This document shows positions 20,871 to 32,563 of a stretch of DNA of 64,000 nt, piece by piece (position 1 is the stretch's first letter; each line of letters begins with the position of its first letter). The position numbers and the translations under genes were made by a program. Location: positions 384,001 through 448,000 of the forward strand of contig CBDCYI010000004.1 of assembly GCA_965224085.1 (NCBI GenBank). Direction: 5' to 3'. The DNA comes from Candidatus Marinacidobacterales bacterium (GTDB lineage Bacteria; Acidobacteriota; Vicinamibacteria; Marinacidobacterales; SMYC01). The notes under the pieces were generated by a model. That model made no database searches. It was not told the origin of the DNA and was given only the letters and a program-made list of their open reading frames with translations.

Positions 20871-23800
20871 ATGTCGATGCGGCTCGTCAGCCTATCTGTC
20901 CTCCTTTCATGGACTCACCTAGTGGAAGGGGCCAAGTCGCCGCCTCCCGCCTACGCACTCCAAAATGCACGCATCGTCACGATGGCGGGGCCCATCATCG
21001 ACTCGGGAATGCTCGTCATGCGCCATGAGCGCATCGCTGCCGTCGGCGCGGACGTCACCGCGCCCGTCGACGCCATCGTCATCGACGCGAGCGGCTGGAC
21101 ACTCTATCCCGGATTCATCGACGCGCATTCGAGCGTCGGTATCCCCGACGCCCCGAAAGAATCCGCGAAAGAGGCCTTCGATCGTCGCGAGCGTGGCTTT
21201 CCGTGCGGCCGGTGTTACCGTCGCTGCCATCGCTCCGAAGGACGGCATCCTCAGAGGTCAAAGCGTGGTGTTGGCGCTCGGCGATGGGCGCATCGACGAG
21301 CTCCTGCTCCGCGAGAGCTGGTCTCAGCACATCGCCTTCGAGCCGTTTTCCCGCCAGCGCAGCGATTACCCCGGAACGCTCATGGGGGTGCTCGCTTCGA
21401 TCCGACAGCACTTTTCCGACGCGCTCTGGTATGCCGAGTCCTGGCGGCGCTTCTATGAAGCACCGGACACCATCGAGCGTCCCAGATTCGACGAAAGCCT
21501 CGAGGCACTCGGCCCCGCCGCGCGCAGCGAGCAGCCCGTCGTGTTCTCAGCGTGGTCCGACAACGCCATCTTGCGCTCGCTGCAGCTCGCCGATGAATTG
21601 AGCGTCGATGCCGTGGTGAGTGGCGCCATCGACGGCTGGCGTGTGGCTAGAGCACTCGCCGAGAGCGCCCTCCCCGTACTCGTCTCGCTGGACCAACGAC
21701 CGCGGCGCGACCCTGTCGGCTTCGGCTCGCGCTCGACAGGCGGGCTGATGCACAGCCCCGGCGCGGAAGACAAAAAGGACGCCGAGACGAACCCTGGAAG
21801 GCTCCATTCCGCTGGCGTTCGCTTCGCGTTTGCAACCCACGGGCTCGACAAGGCCGAGAGTTTTCTTCCGAATCTTCGCCGCTCTGTCCGTGCCGGCCTT
21901 CCCGAGACCGCCGCGCTCGAAGCGTTGACGACGACGCCGGCGCAATTTCTGGGTCTAGACGCGAACCTGGGAACGCTCGAGGTCGGCAAAGCAGCCCATG
22001 TCGTTGCAGTCGCAGGCGATCTATTCGCAGATGACGGCGCCGTCACCGCCACCTGGGTCGATGGTCGCCTGTACGAAACCGAACGCTCCACGCCCAAAAA
22101 GGCTGAGGCGAGCGGCACCAAGGACAACGGCGTCACCGGCTCTAAGGACCGCGACGACGACGACAAGCGCGATTTGCGCGAGCTTTGGCAAAGGCGGGCT
22201 CCGACCGGCCCCCTGTGGCCAGAAGCCCACGCAACAGCGATCCGTCACGCCACGCTCCTGACCGTCACGGACGGCACCATTTCGCAAGGAACCATCCTTA
22301 TTAATGACGGCCGTATCGAGGCTGTTGGACCCGATGCGAGTGTCCCTGTGCCAGCCGGCACCCGGGAGATCGACGCGACGGGCATGTTCGTGATGCCTGG
22401 CATCGTAGACGCCCACATCCACATCGCGATCGCGGGCGGGGGCAACGAGTCGTCCCATGCCGTCACCCCCGAAGTCCGTATCGCCGATGTCATCGACCAC
22501 CGAAGCCCCTCTATGTTCCGAGCCCTCGCGGGAGGTGTCACTACCGTCAACGTCCTCCACGGCTCGGCCAACGTGGTAGGCGGTCAGAACGCCGTCATCA
22601 AGCTCCGCTGGGGTAAGGATGCGGCGGACCTTTTTTTCGAGGGCGCTCCGAGAGGTGTGAAATTCGCGCTGGGCGAGAATCCCAAACAAACGAACCGCAG
22701 GCGTCCCAACGGCGTCAGCCCGCGCTATCCGGCGACGCGCATGGGTGTCGAGCTCACGTTGCGAACGAGCTTTACCCGCGCGCAGGAATACCAAACCGAG
22801 TGGAAGACCTATGAAACCGCCCGCGCGCGGGGCGAAGACCCGATGCCGCCGCGGCGCGACCTTCGGCTAGAGGCCTTGGCGGGCATTTTGGATGGAAGCA
22901 TTCTCGTCCACGCGCATTGCTACCGTTCGGACGAGATTCTGATGCTTCTGCGCGTCGCCGAAGATTTCGGTTTTCGCATCGCTTCGTTGCAGCATGTGCT
23001 CGAAGGCTACAAAGTCGCCGATGAGATCGCGACTCACGGAGCTGGCGCCTCCACCTTCTCCGATGGATGGGGATACAAAAATGGAAGCGTTCGACGCGAT
23101 CCCCTACAACGCCGCACTCATGGCGAGCCGCGGAGTCACCGCCTCGATCAACTCTGACGCCGTCGGGGAGATGACGAATCGGCTCTACGTCCAGGCCGCG
23201 AAAGCGATGAAATACGGGAGCGTGTCCGAAGAAGAAGCGCTGAAGATGATTACGCTCAACCCAGCAAAGCATCTTCGCATCCAACATCGCGTCGGTTCGA
23301 TCGAGACCGGTAAGGACGCCGATCTCGCGATCTACACCGCCCATCCTTTTTCCGCCGACGCCCAAGTCGCCTATACGCTCGTTGATGGCCAGGTTTACTT
23401 CGATCGCAGCAAAGTGGAAACAACGGCCGTGGCGCTCGAGACACTTCATACCGAAGCTGGCGATTCAGGCGAAGCAGACGACTCCCCCGCTATAAGGGAA
23501 CGCTTCGCGACATGGAAAGCGCCCGAATCCGCGCCGCTGCCGCCAGGATATGGCGACGTGCAAGCGCCCGCGTTGTCCTCGTCGCGCGACGTCGCTATCG
23601 TGGGCGGCAAAGTGCTCACGATGGCCGGGGCAGCGGTCGAAAAAGGGACCGTTTTGATCAGAAACGGCAAGATCGCCGCCGTTGGGACGGATGTCGAAAT
23701 TCCGCCCGGCGTCGAGGTGATCGATGCCAAGGGGCTAACGGTCACACCGGGCCTCATCAATGCGGGCACGACGGTGGGACTCTCGGAAATCGGCGCTGTC

Positions 23801-24838
23801 TCAGCAACGCGGGACGAGCGGGAGATCCAAGACGTCAATAGCAGCGTGAAAGCGGCGGTCGCCATCCACCCTCATTCCGAGATGATCCCCGTCACGCGCG
23901 CGAACGGCGTGACGACGACGCTCAGCGCGCCGACAGGAGGATGGATTTCGGGCCAGGCGGCGCTCATCGACCTCGCGGGCTGGACCGCGCCCGAGCTCGT
24001 CGCCACGAGCCCGCTCGCCATGATGGTGAGCTTTCCCGAACATTCTGGCTTCGCCGCTCCCGACAAGGAAGAGCGCGAGCGCATCGACAAAGATCGCAAG
24101 ACGCTCTGGAGTTGGATGCGGCGAGCACAAGCCTATGCCGGCGCCCTCGCGAGCGGACGCCTCCCGAGCCAACCAATGACGAGCTCAGACAATGATGACA
24201 GGGACGAGCTTGAAGCACTCGTGCCGGTCGTGCGCGGAGAGCTTTCGGTCGTGATCCAGGCGGAGACCGCCGAGGGTATCCGCGCCGCTCTCGTTTTTGC
24301 GAAAGAGCTCGGCTTGAAAACGATCCTCGCGGGAACACGGGACGTATGGCGCGTCGCGGGCGAGCTCGCAGCGGCGGGGGTCCCTGTCATCCTCGGACCC
24401 CTCGAGAGCCGACCCGCGCCAGGAGACCCATACGACGCCGTTTTCAGGGCCGCTGCCCTTCTCGAAAAGGCCGGCGTCCCCTTCTGCTTTCGAACGGGCG
24501 GCGCGACAAATGCGCGCAACCTCCCCTTTCATGCGGGGCTCGCGGTCGCCTTCGGGCTTTCTCGCGAGAGCGCCTGGCGCGCTATGACGCGCCGCGCGGC
24601 CGAGATCCTCGGTGTGAGCCAGCACTACGGAAGCCTCGAGGTCGGGAAAGTCGCGAATGTTGTCGTCGCGGAGGGTGATTTGCTCGACGTGCCGACTCGG
24701 GTGCGTTATGTCTTCATTCGCGGCCAGTCAGTGGACTTGAGCTCGCGCCACACCCGTCTGTACGAAAAATTCCGCGCAAGACCGAGACCAGCGGTGAGAG
24801 GAACCGATGACCGAGCAGCCCGAAGTCCTCATCCCTGA
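20871..24838 (+). CDS. Secreted multi-domain amidohydrolase with three amidohydrolase-like units; frameshifts near 21200 and 23080
   Basis: PGFIDAHS; PGIVDAHIH...HAHCY...QHVLEG; PGLINAGT; three GxxExGKxA repeats. Confidence 0.8.
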
Positions 24839-25349
24839 GGACGAGATCCAAAAAAGAGTCCAAGCGCTCGGCGCTCAGATCTCCAAGGACTATAAAGACG
24901 TCGACGACATCTACATGCTCGGCGTTTTGCGCGGGGCATTCATCTTCCTGGCGGACCTCTCGCGCGTCCTCACCGTGCCGCGCCGTGTCGACTTCATCGC
25001 GCTCTCGAGCTACGAGAGCCTCTCGAAAACGGCGACGGGCGCAGTCCGCCTCGTTCTCGACGTACGAGCACCTCTCCGAGGCAAGCACGTACTCATCGTA
25101 GAAGACATTGTCGACACCGGTTATACGCTCCAATACTTGATACGCACGCTCCAAGCGCGCGAACCGGCGTCGCTCAAAACGGCAAGCCTTCTTCAAAAAC
25201 CGGATCGCCTCAAGGTACCGATCTCGATCGACTATCTCGGATTCACGATTCCAGACGAGTGGGTCGTCGGCTATGGGCTCGATTGGGGGGACCGCTTCCG
25301 GACTCTTCCTTATATCGGCGTCGTCCAGCCCCCCGACGAGGTGGCTTGA
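24807..25349 (+). CDS. hpt: Hypoxanthine phosphoribosyltransferase
   Basis: VLRGAFIFLADL, VLIVEDIVDTGYTL, WVVGYGLD. Confidence 0.95.
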   Translation: MTEQPEVLIPEDEIQKRVQALGAQISKDYKDVDDIYMLGVLRGAFIFLADLSRVLTVPRRVDFIALSSYESLSKTATGAVRLVLDVRAPLRGKHVLIVEDIVDTGYTLQYLIRTLQAREPASLKTASLLQKPDRLKVPISIDYLGFTIPDEWVVGYGLDWGDRFRTLPYIGVVQPPDEVA

Positions 25350-25439
25350 CATCGGAAACGCTGACCGAGCGTGGTTTGCCGGGACTCGGATCGTCTCGTA
25401 GAATAATTCTGTAGCAATCACGCAAGACGGAGGGGCAGA

Positions 25440-25769
25440 TTGCTCGGGAGGACGGCGGGCGTTTTTCTATTTTTGTTCTCGACGCCCGCGCTCTGGGCGC
25501 AGAGCTACCACTTCCAGAACTACTCCGTTGAGCATGGCCTCGTGCAGTCGACGGTTTTGGCGACGCTCCAACATCCCGGCAGGCATGGGAGGCAAAGAGG
25601 CGGCAGCCAAGCTCAAGGAGATCGAGCCGGACGTCAAGCTCGTCGTTTCGAGCGGCTATTCGAGCGACCCGTCATGGCCGAGTACTGGGAACACGGCTTC
25701 TGCGACGTGCTTCCCAAACCTTTCGATGCTGGAGCGCTCGGAGCACTCGTTGTACGCGTCCTCCAATAG
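25440..25769 (+). pseudogene. Deletion remnant of a hybrid sensor kinase: propeller N-terminus joined to receiver C-terminus
   Basis: Signal peptide + FQNYSVEHGLVQSTV, then IPAGMGGKEA...VVSSGYSSDP...LPKPF. Confidence 0.75.
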
Positions 25770-25773
25770 ACGG

Positions 25774-27325
25774 TCAGTCACGAAGCTCGGCAAAACCTGC
25801 AGGCGGACGTCGATGCTTGGTCGCCTGCTCATAGGCATAGGCCAGCTCGATGAGGCGTCCCTCCGCATAAGGCCTACCGAGGATCTGCAAGCCTGCCGGT
25901 AAGTTTTTATACGAATAGCCCATGGGCACCGACACCGCTGGCATCCCGGTCGCGGGTGCGACGAGCTGGCTGTTATCCCCTTTGTACTCCTCGCTCGGCT
26001 TGTTGAGATGCGCCGGCGGATTGGTCCAGCTCGGATACAGAATCGCGTCGACGTCGTCGCGATCCATGGCCGCGACGACGTCGGCCACGTACGCCTGACG
26101 CCCGGGATGATCCGCGTAGTCCGGGCAAGGCGGATCCCACTCCGGCGGCGGCACATCCAAAGGGCGGTCGGCGTGGCGCGCGAGTCGACTCTCAACATAT
26201 TCGGAATAGTCCCCGTTCTCGTAGGCTTCCATGACGTCACGGATAGGCGCGTTCTCACCGAGCGATTGCAAGTAAACCAACATGTCGTAACGGAATCGGG
26301 AGCAACCGTTCTTCGCATCCAGATGGCTCTCGAAGTCATCGATCTCGATAGGATCGACGATGACCGCCTCGGCAGCGCGCAAGTCCTCGACCGCCTTTTC
26401 GAAGAGCGCAATGACTTCCGGATCGGCGTCGGTGTTTACGAGTGCACGCAATACACCGAGTCGCGCACCCTCGAGTGCTTTGGCCCGAAGAAAACGCGTA
26501 TAGTCGGGCTCACGCCACGCACGCCCGAGCTCGGTATAGGGGTCGGCGGGATCATAGCCAGCCACCACATCGAAAAGACGCGCGCCGTCTTCGACGGTAC
26601 GCGTCATCGGCCCCGCGATATCGCGGTCGAACGCGAGCGGGATGACGCCGTCGCGACTCGTGAGACCGATCGTCGAGCGGATCCCGAAAAGGGCGAGGTG
26701 GGATGACGGCCCCCGAATAGAGTTGCCGGTGTCGGAGCCGAGGCCTGCGACCCCGAAGCTCGCGGCGACGCCCGACGCGGTCCCGCCGCTCGAGCCCGCA
26801 GGTACCCGATCGAGCGCATAGGCGTTTGCGGTGATGCCATAGGAGGAGCTCTCTGTTCGTCGCGGGCTGAACGCCCATTCCGCCATGTTCGTCTTGGCTA
26901 CGACGATCGCATCCGCTTCCCGCAGCTTGCGCACCATGAAGGCGTCGTCCGGCGGTAGGCTCTGCCTTGAGCGCGACGGATCCGCCCGTCGTCGGCAAGT
27001 CGTGGGTATCAAAATTGTCTTTCACGAGGATCGGTGCGCAAAAGAGCGGCCCGAGCTCGTCTCCGCTCGTGAGGGCCTCGTCGATCTTGTCAGCGCGCTC
27101 GAGTGCCTCGGGGTTGACGACCGTAATAGCGCCTAGCCCGCTTTCCCGATCATAAGCTTCGATGCGATCAATATGGGCCTGGACGACGACGCGACAAGTC
27201 GTACGACCAGAACGGAGGGCGTCTTGAATGCCCGCGATGGTCGCTTCCACGACTGGGATTTTTTCGGGAGCAGAGGTTTGGCAGCCCGCACAAAACACGA
27301 GGGCAACAACGGCGGAAATCTTCAT
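25774..27325 (-). CDS. Amidase signature family lipoprotein; frameshift near 26965
   Basis: Lipobox-like CAGC, ILVKDNFDT, KTNMAEWA, GSSGGTA, GSDTGNSIRGP. Confidence 0.88.
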
Positions 27326-27482
27326 GTCCCCGAGAGCCTAACATGGCGAGCACCGCCGAAGGGCTAGAGCGCCGCCACCGCGCCGGTATAAAATCCCACT
27401 ATCGGTGCCCACGTGACGGATGCTGTCGAGTTCTACTCTCATTGCTTTATTTGCATAGCGAGCGCATCCTAGGGGCCTATCG

Positions 27483-28612
27483 ATGAAGCTCGATCTCACC
27501 CCCCGCCAATCCGGGACGGTCGCAGCAGCCGCTACGGCACTCGCCGCCGGTGTGATTCTATCCGTCGTGCTCGGGGTCTTCTTCTGCTCGCGCGCTTCGT
27601 GGCCGTTTTCTCCAGCGTATTTCTACCTCTGCTCATAGCACTCGTCCTCGCGCTCGTGCTCCGACCGGTGCAGCAATTTTTTCACGAGAAGCTGCACGCG
27701 CCACCCGCCGCTTCCGTGGCGCTCGTATTCGTATCCATCTTGATGCCCGTCGGCCTGTTCATTTGGTTCTTGGGCGTACTCGCGGCGTCGCAAATATCGG
27801 AACTCGTTGGAAAATTGCCGGAGCTCGTGGACCGCGCGCGGGTTTTCATCGAGACACACTGGCCGGAGGTCAAGCAGTTTTGGGACCAGTACGGGATGAC
27901 GGGACGCTTGCAGCAGCTTGTGACAGAAGAGGCCAAATCGATCTGGAACGCAGCGACAACGGTGACGCGGTCGGCCTTTTCCGCCGGCGCGAGCGCGTTT
28001 CGGAGCGTGGCCGCCGCGCTCAGCTGGTTCGTGCTCCCGGTCTATCTCGCGTTCTTTCTTATGGCTCCGCCCTTTCCCCGAAAAGACTGGAACGAGCTAT
28101 TGCCGTTTTTGAAAGAGGATACGAGAAACGACCTCATCTACCTGATCCGGGAATTCATCAATATCGTCGTGTCCTTCTTCCGAGGTCAGCTCATCGTCGC
28201 GTTCGGCCAGGGGCTTCTCTTTGCCGTGGGCTTTACGCTGGTGGGACTACAGCACGGCTTCATCCTTGGCCTCTTGCTCGGTTTTCTCAACATCATCCCC
28301 TACCTGGGCAGCATGATTGGCCTCGCTATAGCACTCCCGCTCTCGTTGTTTCAACCGGATGGCGGGACCGTGCGGATGACGCTCGTGCTCGTGGTTTTTA
28401 CCATCGTACAGTTGATCGAAGGCTACTACCTCACGCCGAAAGTCATGGGGGAGCGGACTGGGCTTCACCCGCTCGCGATCATCGTGGCCTTGTTCTTCTG
28501 GGGCACGGCCTTCGACGGGATCGCCGGAATGGTGCTCGCGATTCCTCTCACGGCCTTTCTCGTAGTATTCTGGCGGTTAGCGAAAGCCAAATACATCACG
28601 GAGATCGTGTAA
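27483..28612 (+). CDS. AI-2E family transporter; frameshift near 27585
   Basis: FFRGQL, LNIIPYLG, QLIEGYYLTPKVMGERTGLHP. Confidence 0.88.
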
Positions 28613-28617
28613 GCGCC

Positions 28618-29919
28618 ATGACACTCAGCCTGAAACACCTGAAACGGATAAGACGGTGGATCTTCTTCTTGGCTGCGCTTCTCGTCGCCGGCTCGCCAGC
28701 GTTCTCACAAGACGACTGCTCCGTCGTCGGACAGAACACTTTCGTCAGGCAAGTTCTCGACGAGTACTACCTCTGGTACCACGAGCTCCCCGATGCGAGC
28801 CCGTCCCTTTACGACTCCCCCGAGGACTATCTTGAGGCGGTGCGCTTCCGGCCCCTCGATAATAGCTTCAGCCACATTGCTTCCGCTCAGGTCACGACCG
28901 CTTTCTACTCGAACAGCCAGTTCATCGGCATCGGCTTCAGCTCCAGGCTTCTCTCCCCCGAGGAGTATCGAATCGCCCAGGTGTTCCCGAGCAGCCCCGC
29001 CTCGGATGCGGGGCTCGCGCGCGGAGACTATCTGCTTGCCGTCGACGGACGGCCCGTCCCGGAGCTCATCGCGAACGGTGAGCTCAATGCCGCACTCGGT
29101 CCGTCCGAGATCGGCTACACTCTCGAGCTGAGCTGGCGCTCGCTGACGGGAATGGAGTCGAGTGCCTTGGTGAAGAAGCGTCCCGTGACCATCCCTACGG
29201 TCTCGCAAACGGCCATATTTAATGTGAACGGACTACCCGTGGGCTACGTCCACTTCCGCAATTTCGTCGAGCCTTCGATCCCAGCGCTGAATGCAGCTTT
29301 CGCCGAGCTCCGCCGGCAAGGCGTCGTCGATTTGATTCTCGATCTCCGCTACAACGGCGGCGGGCTCGTGAGCGTTGCTCAGCACCTCGCGAGCTTGATC
29401 GGCGGGCTGCGCACCAATATGAGGGTCTTCGTCGACTACATCCACAACGACAAGCAGACAGCGCGCAATCGCCAGGTACGCTTCGAGCTTCCCGCAGAAG
29501 CGATGAGTGCTCCTCGCGTGGTCATCATAACGTCACCCAGTTCGGCCTCCGCAAGCGAGCTCGTCATCAACGGTCTCGATCCGTTCATCCCCGTCACTCT
29601 CGTCGGACGACAAACGTTCGGCAAGCCCGTCGGCCAATACGGCTTCGAGTTCTGCGAGAAAGTGTTCTTTCCGGTTTCGTTCAAGTCCGTCAATTCAGTC
29701 GGCGAAGGCGAGTACTACGACGGCCTCCCCGTCGATTGCTCCGTCCGCGACGGACTCGACAAACCGTTGGCGGACCCGGAAGAAGCCTCACTCGCGGAAG
29801 CGCTCTACCATCTTGGGAACGGCGCATGCAGCCCAGACGCCGCTCAAAGACTCGAGACGACGGACCGGGGCCGCTTCGTCGAGCATACGGGTTTCGGCCA
29901 AATCGTCAACGCCTGGTAA
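28618..29919 (+). CDS. S41 family peptidase with PDZ domain
   Basis: YYLWY, SSPASDAGLARGD, LILDLRYNGGG, SASASEL. Confidence 0.9.
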   Translation: MTLSLKHLKRIRRWIFFLAALLVAGSPAFSQDDCSVVGQNTFVRQVLDEYYLWYHELPDASPSLYDSPEDYLEAVRFRPLDNSFSHIASAQVTTAFYSNSQFIGIGFSSRLLSPEEYRIAQVFPSSPASDAGLARGDYLLAVDGRPVPELIANGELNAALGPSEIGYTLELSWRSLTGMESSALVKKRPVTIPTVSQTAIFNVNGLPVGYVHFRNFVEPSIPALNAAFAELRRQGVVDLILDLRYNGGGLVSVAQHLASLIGGLRTNMRVFVDYIHNDKQTARNRQVRFELPAEAMSAPRVVIITSPSSASASELVINGLDPFIPVTLVGRQTFGKPVGQYGFEFCEKVFFPVSFKSVNSVGEGEYYDGLPVDCSVRDGLDKPLADPEEASLAEALYHLGNGACSPDAAQRLETTDRGRFVEHTGFGQIVNAW

Positions 29920-30199
29920 GCTCCATCACCGCGGCGAACTTTCACGACTCGGAAACCGTGAACCGCACCCTACGCATGCTGATCGATGTGGCCCGGAGTA
30001 ACGCTGGGGAAGGCGTGGCCGATCGTCACAAATAGCGTCGACCGGCCAGCACAGACGGTTCCCGGAAAACGCCGTGGAGACGCCCCTAACCCACCGATCA
30101 AGACCGTAACGAAACACACCGCTCTTGCTTTTCTTGTCGGTCCATTGAGATAACCTCCCGCAAAGCGTATAAGATACGGCGACGGCACGGAGGTGCGCT

Positions 30200-31962
30200 A
30201 TGGAACTACTAGCCTTTGTTTTGAGTTCCGTATTGCTTTCGCAGTCACCAGCGGACGAGCGTTTTTGGCGGCCCGTCGTCATGGGCACGCACGGCATGGT
30301 GGCCGCGGAGCACCCGCTCGAAGCCATAGCCGGGATGAAAATCCTCGACGCCGGTGGTAACGCCATCGACGCAGCGGTCGCCGTCTTCTACATGACGACC
30401 GTGGTAGAGCAGCACCAGGCGGGTCTCGGCGGAGACGGATTCATCCTTGCTTACATCAAAGAAGAGGACCGTGTCGTCTTCTTCAACGGGACCGGGCCTG
30501 CGCCCGCGCGCGCCACCGCCGAGTTTTACCGAGAGCTCGGTGAGATACCGAACAAAGGACCTTATTCCACTGATGTTCCGGGTGCGGCGGGAGGGTTCGA
30601 TCTCGCGCTCTCGAAATACGGCACGATGAGCTACCGCGCGCTCCTCGCACCTGCCATCGAAGCGGCCAAGGGCCACCCGCTCGATTTCTGGGCGGCGGCG
30701 CAACACGCGCGCAACGTCGGCAAAATCTCCGCCTATCCGAGCTCCGTCGAGATTCTGATGACGGATGGGCATCCTGTCGCCGCGGGAGAGCTCTTCGTGC
30801 AGACCGATCTTGCCCGTACGCTCACTACCATCGCGAAAGACGGCGCAGACGCGTTTTACCGCGGTGCGCTCGCGCGCAAGAGCGCCGATTTTTATGCAGC
30901 AAAAGGTGGCCTGCTCAGCGCGGACGATCTCGCCAAATACGTCGCCGAACAAGCGGAGCACTTCGACACGGCCTATGCAGGTCTCGATGTCTACCAGAGC
31001 GCGCCCAACTCGCAAGGTATCGTCATGCTCGTAGCACTCAATATCCTCGAAGGCTACGACCTCGAGGCGCTCGGCCACAACAGCGTCGAATATCTGCACG
31101 TCGTCACCGAGGCGATGAAGCTCGCGTTCGCCGATCGCAATCGCTATGTTGGAGACCCGCGCTTCGTCGCACACAAGCGCTTCTTTCGAAAGACTACGCG
31201 TCCGCCCGGCGGAAGCTCATCCGGAGCGATCGCGCCATGGTCGTCGCGCCGCCGGGCGACCCAAGAAACGGCAAAGCACTTCTCGGAGGCGAGCGCCTCG
31301 AATATGCGAGCGACGCCGCGCCGATCACCGAACCTTCTCAACAAGAGAACCTGGACGGCCAAACGTCGTCGTTCTCGATCGCCGATCGCTTCGGGAACCT
31401 CGTCTCTGTAACCCATAGCGTGAATTCAGGCTTCGGGAGCGGGATGGCCGTCGAGGGAGGAGGGTATTTTCTCAACAACCGCATGCCCTATTTCTCCCTC
31501 GAAGAGGACGACGTCAACGTTCTCGTTCCCGGCAAGCGCACCCGGCACACGGTGAACCCAGCGCTCGCGCTCAAGGACGGCAAGCCCTATCTCGCATGGA
31601 ACACGCCCGGTGGCGACAACCAGCCCCAAGCAATGCTGCAAGCGTTTCTGGCCATCGTCCATTTCGGCGCGAACGTGCAGCAAGCCGTCGAAGCCGCCAC
31701 AGTGACGTCGAGTGCGTTTCGCGCCTCGATGTACCCAGGGCGGATTCGAGGAATGCTCACGATGCCGGCCGGGCTCGGAGAGCGCGCGGCCAAAGGTCTC
31801 GCCAAAAAGGGCCATCGCGTCGAAGTGCTCGAAGAGCAGCAGCCCTACATGCAAGCAGCCTCGGGCGCAGGCGCGGTCAAGATGCTGATGATCGACCCAG
31901 AAACAGGCACCTTCTACGGCGGGGTGAGCCCAGCGAAGAGCGACTACGTTCTCGGCTGGTGA
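30200..31962 (+). CDS. Gamma-glutamyltransferase family protein; frameshift or small deletion near 31170
   Basis: GGNAIDAAVA, TSSFSIADRFGN, TPGGDNQPQ. Confidence 0.88.
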
Positions 31963-31986
31963 GCGTCATGGCGAACGGGGCTCGCG

Positions 31987-32547
31987 CTAAGTTAGGCGAG
32001 CGAGGCGCTTTTCGATCGTATTCACGACGAGCGATCCGAGACGTTCACGCGTCTCGTCGGCCACGTCGACGAAGTGGACGCCCATCCCGCGACGGATGCG
32101 CGCCTCGGGGACGCCCTCTTCCGCACACCAAAGCACTTCCGCGTTTAGCTCGAACACGTCGCCTGCATCGTCCTCCGAGATACCCGTGATGTAGACGATC
32201 AAACGCTCCCCGACTTGGACGAGAGTGTCACTCGCGAGAAAAGAGCCGCTTCGGCTCAAATTGACCACGCTCGCGTCGAAGCTCTCGCCATCATGATGCA
32301 CCATCGCGTGAGCGTCGACAGGAACGCGCAGCTTGCTCTCATCTCCGAGACATTCCCGAATCTCTTCGTTCGAGAAAGACGCGCCTTCATTGTGGCGGAC
32401 GAGACCCGAGTGGAAGACGAGGAGCTCGTAGATGGCCTTCAGCTCTTCCCAGCGCTCTTCGTCCGCGAGCGAAAGATTGCCGTGCTGTCGGGACTTCGCC
32501 TCGTTGAGCTCGTCATATTTGCGGATGAGGTCGAGAACGGTTTTCAT
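31987..32547 (-). CDS. PilZ-domain protein
   Basis: LRVPV...NLSRSG...AEVLW...GMGVHF. Confidence 0.75.
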   Translation of the reverse strand: MKTVLDLIRKYDELNEAKSRQHGNLSLADEERWEELKAIYELLVFHSGLVRHNEGASFSNEEIRECLGDESKLRVPVDAHAMVHHDGESFDASVVNLSRSGSFLASDTLVQVGERLIVYITGISEDDAGDVFELNAEVLWCAEEGVPEARIRRGMGVHFVDVADETRERLGSLVVNTIEKRLARLT

Positions 32548-32563
32548 GGGGTTTCGGCTACAC

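Noticed and set aside
23070-23085. Programmed ribosomal frameshift in the amidohydrolase
   Set aside because: One extra A in a homopolymer inside a conserved domain is more simply an error or mutation, given many similar lesions.
27763-28617. N-terminal 285-aa extension of the S41 peptidase
   Set aside because: It is an alternative frame of the AI-2E gene; a signal-peptide start exists at 28618.
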